Positions 10,601-19,565 of a stretch of DNA of 64,000 bases are shown in pieces; position 1 is the first letter of the stretch; each line of letters starts with the position of its first letter. The notes under the pieces are model-generated. The model had not been told where the DNA came from and did not search any database. It saw only the letters and a program-made list of their open reading frames with translations. The stretch is taken from IMG/VR virus record IMGVR_UViG_2582581314_000001, positions 29,903-93,902 of that record; one strand, 5' to 3'. The position numbers and the translations under genes are program-made. Source of the stretch: a virus. Its lineage: Duplodnaviria > Caudoviricetes.

Positions 10601-11032
10601 CAGCGCCTGGATGTCTTCTCCGGCGTCGAGGCCTGCGGCGAGTTCGGTGACGGCGGCCTCGGTGAGCCGGTCACCGACGGCACGCAACAGGTGCTCGGTG
10701 TCGGTGACGTAGGTGCCGAGGGAGGGCGGAAGGTCGTCACCACGGTCGTGGCGGCCGGGCAGGTCGTTCCAGCCGTCGGGGAGTTCGGTGTCGACGTCGC
10801 TCGCCGCCTGCTGGCCGGCTGTTTCTGCGACGCCGAGGAGACGGCGCACGATGCGCGGCATGCGGGACGTCCACATGCGGCCGATCTGGGCGAGGGAGAA
10901 CCGGGCGGCGACGATCTCTGTCGCGTCGGCGAGTTCGCGGCCGATGTCGGCGGCGACGTCGTCCAGGACGGCGCGCACCTCGTCGGCGACGGTCTGTTCT
11001 GCCGCGGTGAGCGCGTCGAGCGGGTCAGCCAC
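7640..11032 (-). CDS. MuF-like head morphogenesis / 2H phosphoesterase / capsid maturation protease fusion (1130 aa)
   Basis: MuF: RIARTE..KQW..RVRDAH..PGDP..NCRC; two HxT motifs (ELHCTL, AHVTG); prohead-protease-like segment (GVSVDLDD...LRGATLVSMPAY). Confidence 0.82.
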   Translation of the reverse strand: MADPLDALTAAEQTVADEVRAVLDDVAADIGRELADATEIVAARFSLAQIGRMWTSRMPRIVRRLLGVAETAGQQAASDVDTELPDGWNDLPGRHDRGDDLPPSLGTYVTDTEHLLRAVGDRLTEAAVTELAAGLDAGEDIQALRARLRDLFSRDGAQFGEMREERIARTESTRAWNAATLAAAEDLTSEGRPLVKQWQTRRDARVRDAHDHADGQLRLLDEAFTVGGVAMAYPGDPAAPPELTVNCRCVLRLAPEQRTAAYGSKEELRPEVSESKEEMAAADGSHLMGGMIALLPRDEDARFLALPDGEDPGELHCTLWFLGDDASQWTEDQRTELVAVVRAQAAALTGPVVARAFGVNHWNPDSDSPAWVWAIGDDRDRDGPALHEARALAGQLLEDAHDRPETPAQHSPWVAHVTGAYAADTWPFDPMCERLGPITFDRIRLAFAGDHYDIPLGPAEEEPPMATPVQAEPEAPPPPVRSWSTPDGAALAFENEQTGDGRVFAPSALFWDGTGPWPLQYAEAMGEGHHGAELAGAIQTLGRTGNRITGSGVLYMTQPAGFDAAMLLDQEAPLGVSVDLDDVDVQLVDTTTSPEDDEADMPFLAASFASASVMRLADGAWMITARSGAEWTASGAEMAHSARSVMLFTSPGGTITRATARRVFGDEVTAAAGDSDPGEGVVFHEEKSGDYLVRITRARLRGATLVSMPAYDKARIVLDPPDEQTASAPVIASSGDGHERVVTYVRSSPTPVGPRHLSHKLSMSVDTVHSHLSHAVQAGTVVRIARGLYVGASTLPEGEITATASGDVELTPPATEEATAAPALDALYDERGADIVASAWQAMQAEQSMPAAWFAEPTPEELPPGSGGVHIVDGRAYGWVAQRGVPHAAHGRKVTIEKLAARGLDLTHFLRARFSLDDGSEVRAGAMTMNVGHHRDGFECESAVCQFDDTRTVAAVVTVGMNEGGMWFSGAAAPWLSPWDRTVFQACQPSYHMTQGADGRWQLKAVLSVPVPGHSSPLTAAAVIDRSNLALTAAAAAIDEATITAPEPPVGEPEPDHGRASDGASAASVADEITAALLEPAFLDQFTDALKAREEQRAAAARAELAELTARLAPVRAELAASAAQQPERN

Positions 11033-11225
11033 GGTTCACCTCCGGGTCGTCGGGGTCGTCGCAGATCTCGCAGACGGCGACGGTGCTGATGAACGTCACG
11101 CCGGTCGGGAAGAGCGCGAACACGTCGACGGCGAAGGCGCTGTTCGCCTTGCAGTCCGGGCACCACTTCGGCCGTGGCCGGCTGGTGGCCACGGTGACGG
11201 TGAGGTGCGCTTCCCGGGAGTTCAC
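11025..11225 (-). CDS. Small zinc-ribbon protein (66 aa)
   Basis: GTGA overlap with portal stop; CPDC...CEIC. Confidence 0.6.
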   Translation of the reverse strand: MNSREAHLTVTVATSRPRPKWCPDCKANSAFAVDVFALFPTGVTFISTVAVCEICDDPDDPEVNRG

Positions 11226-12970
11226 GCGGCCTCGGCTATGCACGGGGCGCGCAGTACGCGGGCCGTGTCCTCGTACGTGTGCGGGTGCCGGGCGGCGAAC
11301 AGGGCCCGCGCGTAGTCGTCGAGGACATCGGTGAGGCATCCCGGGTTGAGGCCGTAGCGGCGTGCGATCTCGGGGACGCGAGCCCATGCGCCGTCGAGGA
11401 GATGCCAGGCGTCGATCATGTCCGGCTCTACCGGGAACACGGTGTGGAGCTCGGCGGGGACGATCTCGCGGGCGCGAGCGCGTTCGGAGCGGGGGCAGGC
11501 CGGCTTGTTCCGGAGGCGTTCCCCGGCGGCTTGGAGGGCGGCCCAGATCAGGCCGTCGACGGCGGCGAGGACGCGTTCCGGGTGGGCGGCGGAGGCGGGG
11601 ATGGTGTCCGGGATGCTGGTCGTCTCTGCGACGGGCAGGGTCGTCACGTTGCTCGGCGTCTCCTCTGCGGCGTTGTCCGCGGTGGTGTTGGTGGCGGGCT
11701 CGCGCGCTGCGGTCTCGGCCGCGGTGGGGGCGTCGGACTCGTCGAAGCCGGTCTCGCGGCGGGCGGCGGCGGCGGAGATCAGGCCTGCCTGGAACGCTTC
11801 GAGGGCGGTCTGGGCGCGGTTGGCCTGGATGCGGAGCTGGCTGGTGTCGTACCAGACGAGCCACTCGTCGGCGTCCTCCACGCCCTCGTCTTCGAGGAGG
11901 GGGCGCAGCCACTGTGTGGTGAGGGCGTAGGCGACGAGCGCGAGGCGCGGCTCTACGCCGAGGCGGACGGCTTCGGCGGAGATCGCCCACGCCGACCAGT
12001 GGTTCGCGTCCGACAGGCCGAGGAGGATCTCGGCCGGGACTTCGAGGCCGTTCGCGAAGCGGCGGATCGCCTCGTCGCGGAGCTTCAGCGCCAGCTCGTC
12101 GAAGTTGGACTCGAACGACATCCACTTGATGTCGCTGATCACGTCGGAGGGCACTTCGAGGATGATCGGCACCGTCGCCGCCGCGGAGTCGGGTTCGCGG
12201 ATCGCGGTCGAGGCGACCTCAAGGAACACCTCAAGCAGGTCGTCCTCCGCGTCCCCGGCCGTGCCGGGCGAGGTGGGGAACCTGGTGCCCTTGGGGACGA
12301 GGAGCACACCACGGCCGGTGATGCGGGAGCGGGCGATAGCGGCGACGGCCGCGTTGAGCAGCTGGAGTTCTTCCAGGAGGACGAGGCTGGACCGTACGGG
12401 GCTGTCGGCCTCGATGTGCCGGTCGGGGGACGGCTTCCACACGCGGATCGCGATGGGCGCGCTCGGGTCGGGCTCGGCGTCCGGGTCGTACGGCGGGATC
12501 GGTATGTCCTCGCCGTCGATCTCGACGGTCAGCTTCCCGCCGCCCTGCTGCTTCACCTCGCGCGTGGACAGGACACGCCAGTCGTAGCCGTCGATCGTGT
12601 CGGTCTTGTCGACGGTGGGCCGGACAACGACCCAGCCCTCGCCGGCGACCACCAGGTGCGGGCCGAAGTCGCCGAGGAGGTTGGACTGCCCGTCCGTGCC
12701 GCCTGCGATGTCGCGGACGATCTCCGATGCCGGATGACCTTCGGGGGCGCGTTCGACGGTGCCGTCGGCGGCGCGGCGCCCGGCGTACAGGGTGGCGCCG
12801 GACATGGCGTTGCCGACCCAAGTTCCGGCGAACCGGACCTCGGGGACTTCCTTGAAGAACCGCCACGCCTCTTGCTGCCACGACGTGTCGGTCCTGGACG
12901 CCCTGCTGTTGGTTGTCTTGACGCTGTATCGGGAGGCTGCCGCGGTGAGCTGACGAGGAGACACAGTCAC
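11222..12970 (-). CDS. Portal protein
   Basis: SWQQEAWRFF..VPEVRF, ADSPVR, NHWSAW motifs of actinophage portals; GTGA overlap; position between terminase and MuF. Confidence 0.82.
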   Translation of the reverse strand: MTVSPRQLTAAASRYSVKTTNSRASRTDTSWQQEAWRFFKEVPEVRFAGTWVGNAMSGATLYAGRRAADGTVERAPEGHPASEIVRDIAGGTDGQSNLLGDFGPHLVVAGEGWVVVRPTVDKTDTIDGYDWRVLSTREVKQQGGGKLTVEIDGEDIPIPPYDPDAEPDPSAPIAIRVWKPSPDRHIEADSPVRSSLVLLEELQLLNAAVAAIARSRITGRGVLLVPKGTRFPTSPGTAGDAEDDLLEVFLEVASTAIREPDSAAATVPIILEVPSDVISDIKWMSFESNFDELALKLRDEAIRRFANGLEVPAEILLGLSDANHWSAWAISAEAVRLGVEPRLALVAYALTTQWLRPLLEDEGVEDADEWLVWYDTSQLRIQANRAQTALEAFQAGLISAAAARRETGFDESDAPTAAETAAREPATNTTADNAAEETPSNVTTLPVAETTSIPDTIPASAAHPERVLAAVDGLIWAALQAAGERLRNKPACPRSERARAREIVPAELHTVFPVEPDMIDAWHLLDGAWARVPEIARRYGLNPGCLTDVLDDYARALFAARHPHTYEDTARVLRAPCIAEAA

Positions 12971-13299
12971 CCGCTGAACGTGTCGTCGCGACGGTTGAGG
13001 AGGGCCTGCACGCCGGCCACCGCGAACCACTCGATGCCGTGGACGACCCAGGGGGCATCGCCCCAGCTGTCGGTGGCGAGGAGGTACACGAGGAGCGTCA
13101 CGCCGGACAGCCACCAGCCGAGGCAGTAGACGCAGCCCATCAGCTGCATCAGGAAGGCGCGCGGCTTGGAGTCGAGGTTGCTCGCCTGCCAGGCGGCTAT
13201 CCGCTCCCGGGGCCCGTCGAGAATCGAGTCATGCACGCCGAGCTGGGTCGCGCGGTACGCGGCGAAGCCGAGTAGTGCGAGCACGGGCAGAGAGATCAC
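12967..13299 (-). CDS. DUF1360-like membrane protein
   Basis: AYRATQL...D.I..R...GCVYCLGWW pattern with TM helices. Confidence 0.75.
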   Translation of the reverse strand: MISLPVLALLGFAAYRATQLGVHDSILDGPRERIAAWQASNLDSKPRAFLMQLMGCVYCLGWWLSGVTLLVYLLATDSWGDAPWVVHGIEWFAVAGVQALLNRRDDTFSG

Positions 13300-13631
13300 G
13301 GGCCGCCTCCTGTGAAGATCCCCAGGTCAAGATCGGCGGCAAGGATACTGCGCACCACTGCATGCGTAGTGCGCGGCAGTGCGCGGATCATCGAGAGTGG
13401 CGGGCGGTGCTCGACTTCGGCCATATGGGCACTGACGGCGCGACCAGGGAGGCGGCGCCGAGGCCGGCGCCGCGGAGGGTGGTCCTCGGACCCACGCCCA
13501 GCCCAAGGCGGGTTGCAACGGCGGGCTACCGGATCGAACTGCTCACGCATTCGCCAAGGTTCTGGATATCCGGCGCATCGGCCCTCGACCCCTGGGAGGC
13601 TTGATCAGGCCGTACGCGGAGAGGAACCCCC

Positions 13632-14843
13632 TTGATCATTCTGGACACCAGCGTTCTCCGATCCTTCAGCCCGGAGAGCAGCAGCGCCGATCTCCTACAA
13701 GTGATTCAGCAGATCGGCGCCCAGGAGGTCGGAGTCCCGTGGATGGTCATGGAGGAGCTTGCCGCTCAACAGGCCATCAAGTACCGGGAGAAGTACGAAG
13801 CGGCAGTTCAGGCCGTCGAGTCCTTGCGTCTAGTCACACCATGGCCGCTGGACGTGCAGCTCGGCGAGTGCGAGCTGGACGGCGTCCGTGAATACTGGCG
13901 AGCCACGTGGCGTGATGTCGTCGAGACGATCCCGACGAGCGAAGGAGCGCTGCGCGAGGCTGCCTTCCGGGAAGCGAATTCCCTCGCCCCATGCAAGACA
14001 GCGAAGGGCGATAAGACCGGTTCTCGGGATGCCGCGATCTGGCTGTCAGCGGTGGAGTACGCCCGCAAGTACGACAACAAGACGGTGTACTTCGTCAGCG
14101 CCAACACCAGGGACTTCGGTCAGGGAACGTCCTACCCCTCACCCATGCGCGAGGACATCGCCGGCATGGAGGACCGCTTCGTGCACTTGACCAGCATGGA
14201 CGACATCGTCACCCGCTTCACGGAACCGGCGGAGACGGACGAAGCGCTCGTCGTCGACATCTTGAAGTCGCCGGGCGTCCTGAATGACATCCTGGAAACG
14301 GCTCAGGACTTCATTCCGAATCCCATGCACGGAACCATTGAGTGCACTGTCTCAACCGGACTCGCCGACGAGTGCGTGATCGTCCCGGCGCGATCATGGA
14401 CAGCTACCAAGGCAACCTTCAGCGCCGTCGAGAGAGTCCAAACCTATCGCATCAAGAACCGCGAATTCTGCATAGCTGTTGTGCAGTGGCACCTCGGCGG
14501 CGCCATCCTCTCTGAGGCGCTCTCTGGGGCTGCTTGGGCAGGCTGTAGTTGGAGGACGACCGTATTGTTCACGCCGAACATGGACGCTCCGGGCCTTGAG
14601 TACCTGCGCGACGACATGCCGCGCCCGCTGAGTGGCGAGGCTTTCAAGGCCCTCGGGCTGCCTCTGAACGATCCCACCCCACCCACCCCCGTGGAAACGG
14701 CTGTTGCGGAGCTGACCCGGGCCGCCGCGTCCCTCGCCCAGCAGTCCCAGGGGTTGCACCCGTTGCGAGGGCAGCGTGCCTACGAGGGAGCACTCGCCCG
14801 GGATGTGGCTCGGATACGGCTCGGTGACACCTCCGCCGGCTAG
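13632..14843 (+). CDS. PIN-domain (DUF4935-like) protein, moron
   Basis: IILDTSVL, EEL, RDAAIWLS, FVSANTRDF acidic PIN motifs; opposite strand, lower GC. Confidence 0.8.
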   Translation: MIILDTSVLRSFSPESSSADLLQVIQQIGAQEVGVPWMVMEELAAQQAIKYREKYEAAVQAVESLRLVTPWPLDVQLGECELDGVREYWRATWRDVVETIPTSEGALREAAFREANSLAPCKTAKGDKTGSRDAAIWLSAVEYARKYDNKTVYFVSANTRDFGQGTSYPSPMREDIAGMEDRFVHLTSMDDIVTRFTEPAETDEALVVDILKSPGVLNDILETAQDFIPNPMHGTIECTVSTGLADECVIVPARSWTATKATFSAVERVQTYRIKNREFCIAVVQWHLGGAILSEALSGAAWAGCSWRTTVLFTPNMDAPGLEYLRDDMPRPLSGEAFKALGLPLNDPTPPTPVETAVAELTRAAASLAQQSQGLHPLRGQRAYEGALARDVARIRLGDTSAG

Positions 14844-14918
14844 ACCCTTGCCGGGAGGTAAGCCGCCTGCCTGCTGATCCTCCGTCCGTACATGCTCGCG
14901 GCTCGCCTGGCCCGCGCC

Positions 14919-16484
14919 TCAGCCGATGCGGCGCCCGTACGCCGACGCTGCGCCGCTCGGCCGGGCGCCGGGCTGCGGGGCTTGCGGGAGCGGGGCATGG
15001 ACGATGGCGCCCTGGTTGGCGTCCGGGATCAGCCCGTACACGAGGATGCAGGAGGCGTCGATCCGGCCCGGCGAGTCCGGGTCGCTGGACTGCCACGTCG
15101 CCCACTCGCGTTCCATGTCCGTGAACACACCACGGAAGCGGACCTTGTCCTGCACCATCTGCTGCGCAATCGGCTCAGCGCGGAGCAACTTGCCCTGCTT
15201 GGCCCGCACCGGGGCGATGGCGGGCATCAGCTTGCCCTTGGGGATCTCCCCGTCGTTCTGGAGCTTCTCCCACGACGTCTGGATGGCCAGCACGCACATG
15301 TCGCGGCCAAAGTTCCACTCGACATAGATGATCGCCGCGTCCGTGCGGTGCGCGAGCCGGCACGCCGCCGTGGACCACTCGGCCGACGGCATCGCCGCCG
15401 AGACGTCGTCGGTGATCCATACGCGGCCGTCGTCGCCGAGGAACCCGCCGATGACGCCGGCAACGTCCCGGCCGCCACCCGAGGGGTCGATAGCGACGGC
15501 GATCTTCTGCGGCTCCACGGGCGTGGTGGTGTCCCGCAGCAGGCGCAGCAGTTCCTCGGACACGAGCGCTCCTTCTGCAGGCTGCGGGTCGCCCTGGGCG
15601 AGGGCGTGCCAGTCCCGCACGATCGAGGTCTTCTTCATGTCCGCCCACCAGGCCAGGAGTGCCTTCCGGTCACGGGTGGGGATCTTCGGGTGCGGCAGCG
15701 GGTCGCCGGGGTTGCGGCCGAGCGGGTCGGGGCCGAACTTCGGGTCGGCGATCGCCGGGAGGTGGATCACCTTCCACCGGCCGCCGTCCTCGATGCGGCC
15801 CTCTTCCTGGAGGCGGCGCCCAGCGAAGTCGTCCGGGTGCCAGCGGGTCTGGATGGCCACCACGGCATTGCGGTCCGGCTGGAGGCGCTTGAGGGCGGTG
15901 GACGAGTACCAGTCGTGCAGCGCCCTCCGGGAGGCCTCCGATTCGGCGTCCGCGCGGTCCTTGTGCGGGTCGTCGACGATCAGCAGGTTCACCGGGTAGC
16001 CGGTCAGGCCCTTGCCGACAGACACGGAGCGGACGCCGCCACTCTTGGTCAGCTCCCAGTCCTGCATCGCCCCGGAGCCGGCCCGCAGGTACAGCTCCCA
16101 CTCGTCGCCGTACTCCTCAACGTAGGAGCGGATCGTCTTGCCGCGCTTCAGCGCCAGGTCGTCGGAGTAGGAGGTGGCCGCGATCCGGTCCATCGGGTAG
16201 GTGCACAGCCACCAGAAGGGGAACCACTCGGCGACCGTCGTGGACTTGCCGACCTGGGGCGGGGTCAGGATGAGCAGCCGGTCGGTCTCGCCGCGCCCCA
16301 CCTCGGCGAGGGCGTCTCCGATGATCCGTAGGTGCGGGCGCATCCGGAACGTGGAGTCGAGGCCGCGAGCGAGCGTCACCGGATCCCGCAGCAGGTCGGC
16401 GCTCATGGACCGCTGCGCGGCGTGCAGCCGCCGGTAGACCTCCGCGTCGTCCAGGTGCTCCAGCTCGCTCAGGGCCGTCGTCAC
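14919..16484 (-). CDS. Terminase large subunit
   Basis: PPQVGKS Walker A, LIVDDP Walker B, QTRWHPDD, AIDPSG RNase H-like nuclease, SPGRIDA. Confidence 0.93.
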   Translation of the reverse strand: MTTALSELEHLDDAEVYRRLHAAQRSMSADLLRDPVTLARGLDSTFRMRPHLRIIGDALAEVGRGETDRLLILTPPQVGKSTTVAEWFPFWWLCTYPMDRIAATSYSDDLALKRGKTIRSYVEEYGDEWELYLRAGSGAMQDWELTKSGGVRSVSVGKGLTGYPVNLLIVDDPHKDRADAESEASRRALHDWYSSTALKRLQPDRNAVVAIQTRWHPDDFAGRRLQEEGRIEDGGRWKVIHLPAIADPKFGPDPLGRNPGDPLPHPKIPTRDRKALLAWWADMKKTSIVRDWHALAQGDPQPAEGALVSEELLRLLRDTTTPVEPQKIAVAIDPSGGGRDVAGVIGGFLGDDGRVWITDDVSAAMPSAEWSTAACRLAHRTDAAIIYVEWNFGRDMCVLAIQTSWEKLQNDGEIPKGKLMPAIAPVRAKQGKLLRAEPIAQQMVQDKVRFRGVFTDMEREWATWQSSDPDSPGRIDASCILVYGLIPDANQGAIVHAPLPQAPQPGARPSGAASAYGRRIG

Positions 16485-17077
16485 GTCTGCTCCTCCTCGT
16501 CGTCTCCGCCGTCCACGGCCTTGATCCGCTGGTTCACCTGGGCTGTGAGCTCGGCGAGCCGGGCACGGCGCAGGTCCGGGGACATCTGCGCGAACTCGGC
16601 GAACTGCTGCGCCAGCGCGTTGGAGCCCTCACCGGTGACGGCGATCGTCTCGGTGGGGTCGCCGAACAGCACCCGGCGGTGCCGCATGGCGACGTCCATC
16701 AGCCGGATGAAGTCGCCCGGGGACAGCTCAGCCGCGTTCAGCGACGTGAGCCGCTGGGCGAGCTTGCCGATCGCCGCGCCCAGGATCTTCGCGTCTGTCT
16801 CGGCCGCTTTCCGGCGCTCCTCCAGCCACATCGCCTGGTACTGCCGGTCCAGGTGCCGGTCGTACGCCTCGACGCGGTCCCGCCACCGGTACTGGGCGGC
16901 GAGGTTCCTCACGTGCCCGTACGCGAGTGTCAGTCTCTGCGCGGCTTCGGTCAGGGTGCGGGTCCTGCCGATGTCTCGGTACGCGGTGAACTGTCCGTGT
17001 TTGTGGGGGGTCTCGTTGGGCTGACGTTCCCACGGGTCCAGGTCGGGGTCGAGTGTGATGGGTGGGCGGGTGCTCAT
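16481..17077 (-). CDS. Terminase small subunit (putative)
   Basis: PWERQPNET...FTAYRDIG...WRDRVEAYD pattern, coupled directly upstream of TerL. Confidence 0.75.
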   Translation of the reverse strand: MSTRPPITLDPDLDPWERQPNETPHKHGQFTAYRDIGRTRTLTEAAQRLTLAYGHVRNLAAQYRWRDRVEAYDRHLDRQYQAMWLEERRKAAETDAKILGAAIGKLAQRLTSLNAAELSPGDFIRLMDVAMRHRRVLFGDPTETIAVTGEGSNALAQQFAEFAQMSPDLRRARLAELTAQVNQRIKAVDGGDDEEEQT

Positions 17078-18021
17078 GCCGCTTCGCTGGGGACGTGGTT
17101 GGGGCCGGAGAGGTACTCACCTGCCAGGCGTTCGAGGAGGCGCCAGCCCTGCCCTTGTTCGATCTCTCCGCGTCCTTCTGCGGCTGCGATGGCCTTGTTG
17201 ATGGTGACGGCTGCGGGGGCTGGGAGGTGTCGGGCGCCGAGGACGGTCTCCAGTCCGACCTGACCGGTGTGCAGGGGCTCGCCCTGGGGGGAGGTGTAGC
17301 CGGCCTGGAGGTCGGTCAGGTGCGCCTCGACAATGCCGAGGATGGCGTGGAGGGCGGTGGCGACGTTGCCGACCTTGTGGGCGGCGTGGGTGGAGGCGAG
17401 CGTGTCCAACGTCTGGTCGTAGTCGGCGCGTGCGGCGAGCCAGCTTTCGTTCTGGCCGAGGCGGGCCTGTTCGAACGCCTCCCGGGCGGCGTCCAGCTCG
17501 TTGGGCAGGAAGATCAGGCTCACGGTGGCGAAGTCGAGGTTGGCTTCGGACAGGCCTTCGGGTGAGACCTCGGCGAGGAGGCCGAGGGCGTCGTCGTCGA
17601 GGCCGGAGTAGGCGCGCCAGTCGACGTCTTCGATCTGGTCGTACAGGGCCTTGAGCGTCGCCGGGTCGTCCTGCCCGTTGATCGCGTTGTGGGAGAGCTG
17701 GCGGGCCAGCAGCTCGTCTTTCTGCTGGGGGTCGTCGATCAGCATGCAGTCGATCTCGTCGAGCCCGACTTCCACGGCCGCCGCGGTGCGGTGATTGCCG
17801 GAGAGGATCAGCTCGCGGCCTTCCTCGTACTCCCCGGCGCCGTAGATCAGGGGGACGCTGGTGAGGCAGCCGTCGGCGGCGATGTTGGCGACGAGCCGGT
17901 CCCACTCCTCTTTCCGCATGAAGCGGGCGTTCATGTCGAGCGGGGTGAGGGTGCGCGGGTCGCGGCGGACGAGGCGGGGCCGGATCGTCTGCGCGGGCGT
18001 GGTGTGGGTGCTGTCGCTCAT
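17074..18021 (-). CDS. ParB/Srx N-terminal domain protein
   Basis: NARFM...LVANI..DG...ILSGNHR motif; ATGA overlap with upstream gene. Confidence 0.8.
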   Translation of the reverse strand: MSDSTHTTPAQTIRPRLVRRDPRTLTPLDMNARFMRKEEWDRLVANIAADGCLTSVPLIYGAGEYEEGRELILSGNHRTAAAVEVGLDEIDCMLIDDPQQKDELLARQLSHNAINGQDDPATLKALYDQIEDVDWRAYSGLDDDALGLLAEVSPEGLSEANLDFATVSLIFLPNELDAAREAFEQARLGQNESWLAARADYDQTLDTLASTHAAHKVGNVATALHAILGIVEAHLTDLQAGYTSPQGEPLHTGQVGLETVLGARHLPAPAAVTINKAIAAAEGRGEIEQGQGWRLLERLAGEYLSGPNHVPSEAA

Positions 18022-19391
18022 CGGGTGTCCTCGTTCTTCTTCATGTCGCTGCCGTGCTTCCGCTTCCACAGGTCGAAGGCTTCGGCGAGGTCGTAGGCGC
18101 CGAGGGGGCCGCCGTACTGGAGCTGGTAGCGGTGGATTCCGTCGCCCGGGTCCTTCGCGCTCGCCTCGGTGCGTTTCTGGAGCTTCACGCCGGGGATGCC
18201 CCGGCCGTACTTCGCGCTGTTGGGCCGGTCGGTGAACGCCGTCGTCGACCAGGCGGTGAGCCGCTTCGACAGGGACCGCTGGAGCAGCAGTTGCGCCTCT
18301 TTGGTGGAGGCGGCCATGACGATGAGCTTGGCCAGGCGCCGGTACTTCGTCCACGACACCGGGAAGTCGGACATCAGGTAGGCGGTCGCCGGGTCGAACT
18401 TCGGCGGGAGGAACGCGAACGCGCCGATCAGCTTCCCGTCGACCGCGACCCCACAGGCGAGGAGCGGGCTGCCGGGCTTGATCGACTTCGACATGAACTG
18501 GGAGCGGATGCCGGCGAACTGGCCGCCGGTGAGGACGTGCAGGCTCATGCGGTCGCCGAGGTCCTCGCCGACGCCGATCTTCTGCATGGGGATCGGTTCG
18601 ACGGGCTGCCGAGGCCGGACGATGCGTCGGGGTCCGGCGGCGGCATACACATAGATCGGCAGGCCGCGGTTCGCGGTCTGGACGACGCCGGCGAGCCGGT
18701 GGCGCAGCTCCGGGCGTTCGATGTGCAAGCCCAGCACCCAGTGGGGCCGGTCCTGTACCTGCGCGATGATCTCTTCCTTGCCGTCTTCGGTCAGCTCGCC
18801 GAAGTCGGGCTCGGGCCAGTCGAACGCGGCGTCGATGCTCGCGAACTGCGAGACGTAGTCGCCCGCGTAGAACGGCGGGAACATCACGACCGGTGCTTCG
18901 TCGGGGACCTCTTCGCGGAGGTAGGTGCGCACGTCCCCGGCGTAGAAGCTCCCGAGGCGGGTTTCGAGGCTCCGGAGCTTCGTCGCGGTCTTCTCGTGCA
19001 TGCGCGGCCACTGGTCCTGTGTGGCGTCGAGCATCCGCCGGTAGTAGGCGCCTTCCTTCCCGACGTACTGGAGGAAGCGGGTGCCGAGCATCAGCGTCGC
19101 CAGGCGGTCAGCGCGGTCCTCCATGTACGGGGCGAGCCAGCCCAGCGAGTCCTCGTACTCCGGGCGCAGCGCGTACGGCAGTTCCTCCCCCGCGAGGAAC
19201 CAGCCCAGCGCGCACGAGTACGCGGTGATGTCGTTGCCATGCACCGGCCGCGAGTTGCCGAACCGGGAGTGCAACACCCGCTCGATCGTGAAGTTGCCCG
19301 AGCAGCCGACGTAGATGTCGGTCTCGGGCCAGGTCCCGGCGTGTTCGTAGATGATCGAGCGGAGGGGGGCGGGTATCGAGCCGTGGAACAT
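18018..19391 (-). CDS. Putative DNA-modification enzyme: adenine-methyltransferase-like fold fused to Mom-like GNAT domain
   Basis: YVGCSGNF (motif I-like), FPPFY (motif IV-like); C-terminal GVAVDGKLIGAFAF...YLMSDF...RRLAKLIV...TAFTD..SAKY GNAT pattern; AAGGAG RBS before ATG 19391. Confidence 0.65.
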   Translation of the reverse strand: MFHGSIPAPLRSIIYEHAGTWPETDIYVGCSGNFTIERVLHSRFGNSRPVHGNDITAYSCALGWFLAGEELPYALRPEYEDSLGWLAPYMEDRADRLATLMLGTRFLQYVGKEGAYYRRMLDATQDQWPRMHEKTATKLRSLETRLGSFYAGDVRTYLREEVPDEAPVVMFPPFYAGDYVSQFASIDAAFDWPEPDFGELTEDGKEEIIAQVQDRPHWVLGLHIERPELRHRLAGVVQTANRGLPIYVYAAAGPRRIVRPRQPVEPIPMQKIGVGEDLGDRMSLHVLTGGQFAGIRSQFMSKSIKPGSPLLACGVAVDGKLIGAFAFLPPKFDPATAYLMSDFPVSWTKYRRLAKLIVMAASTKEAQLLLQRSLSKRLTAWSTTAFTDRPNSAKYGRGIPGVKLQKRTEASAKDPGDGIHRYQLQYGGPLGAYDLAEAFDLWKRKHGSDMKKNEDTR

Positions 19392-19480
19392 AGGCCGCTC
19401 CTTGATCGTCGCTCTGAGGCGGGCGGAGATGGTAGCCGAGCTGCGGCTTTCTCCCGTGACCAAGAATCGGCGGGCATGCG

Positions 19481-19514
19481 GAAAGCCCCCGCCCTGGGGT
19501 GGGCGGGGGCCATC
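19481..19514. terminator. GC hairpin, copy 1 of duplicated terminator
   Basis: gcccccgccc-tggggt-gggcgggggc; 30/34 identical to 21083..21116. Confidence 0.65.
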
Positions 19515-19565
19515 GTGGTACGCCTCTTGAGCGTGGTTCTGCGCCTGTCCCTAAGAAGGGCTACA

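Noticed and set aside
7991-11089. 1032-aa plus-strand ORF and similar long antisense ORFs (5167..7194, 11279..13129, 18054..19595, 25549..27183)
   Set aside because: Shadow frames of high-GC genes on the opposite strand, with no motifs
13296-13550. 84-aa ORF between PIN gene and DUF1360
   Set aside because: Arg/Pro-rich, no clear RBS or motif; more likely promoter region
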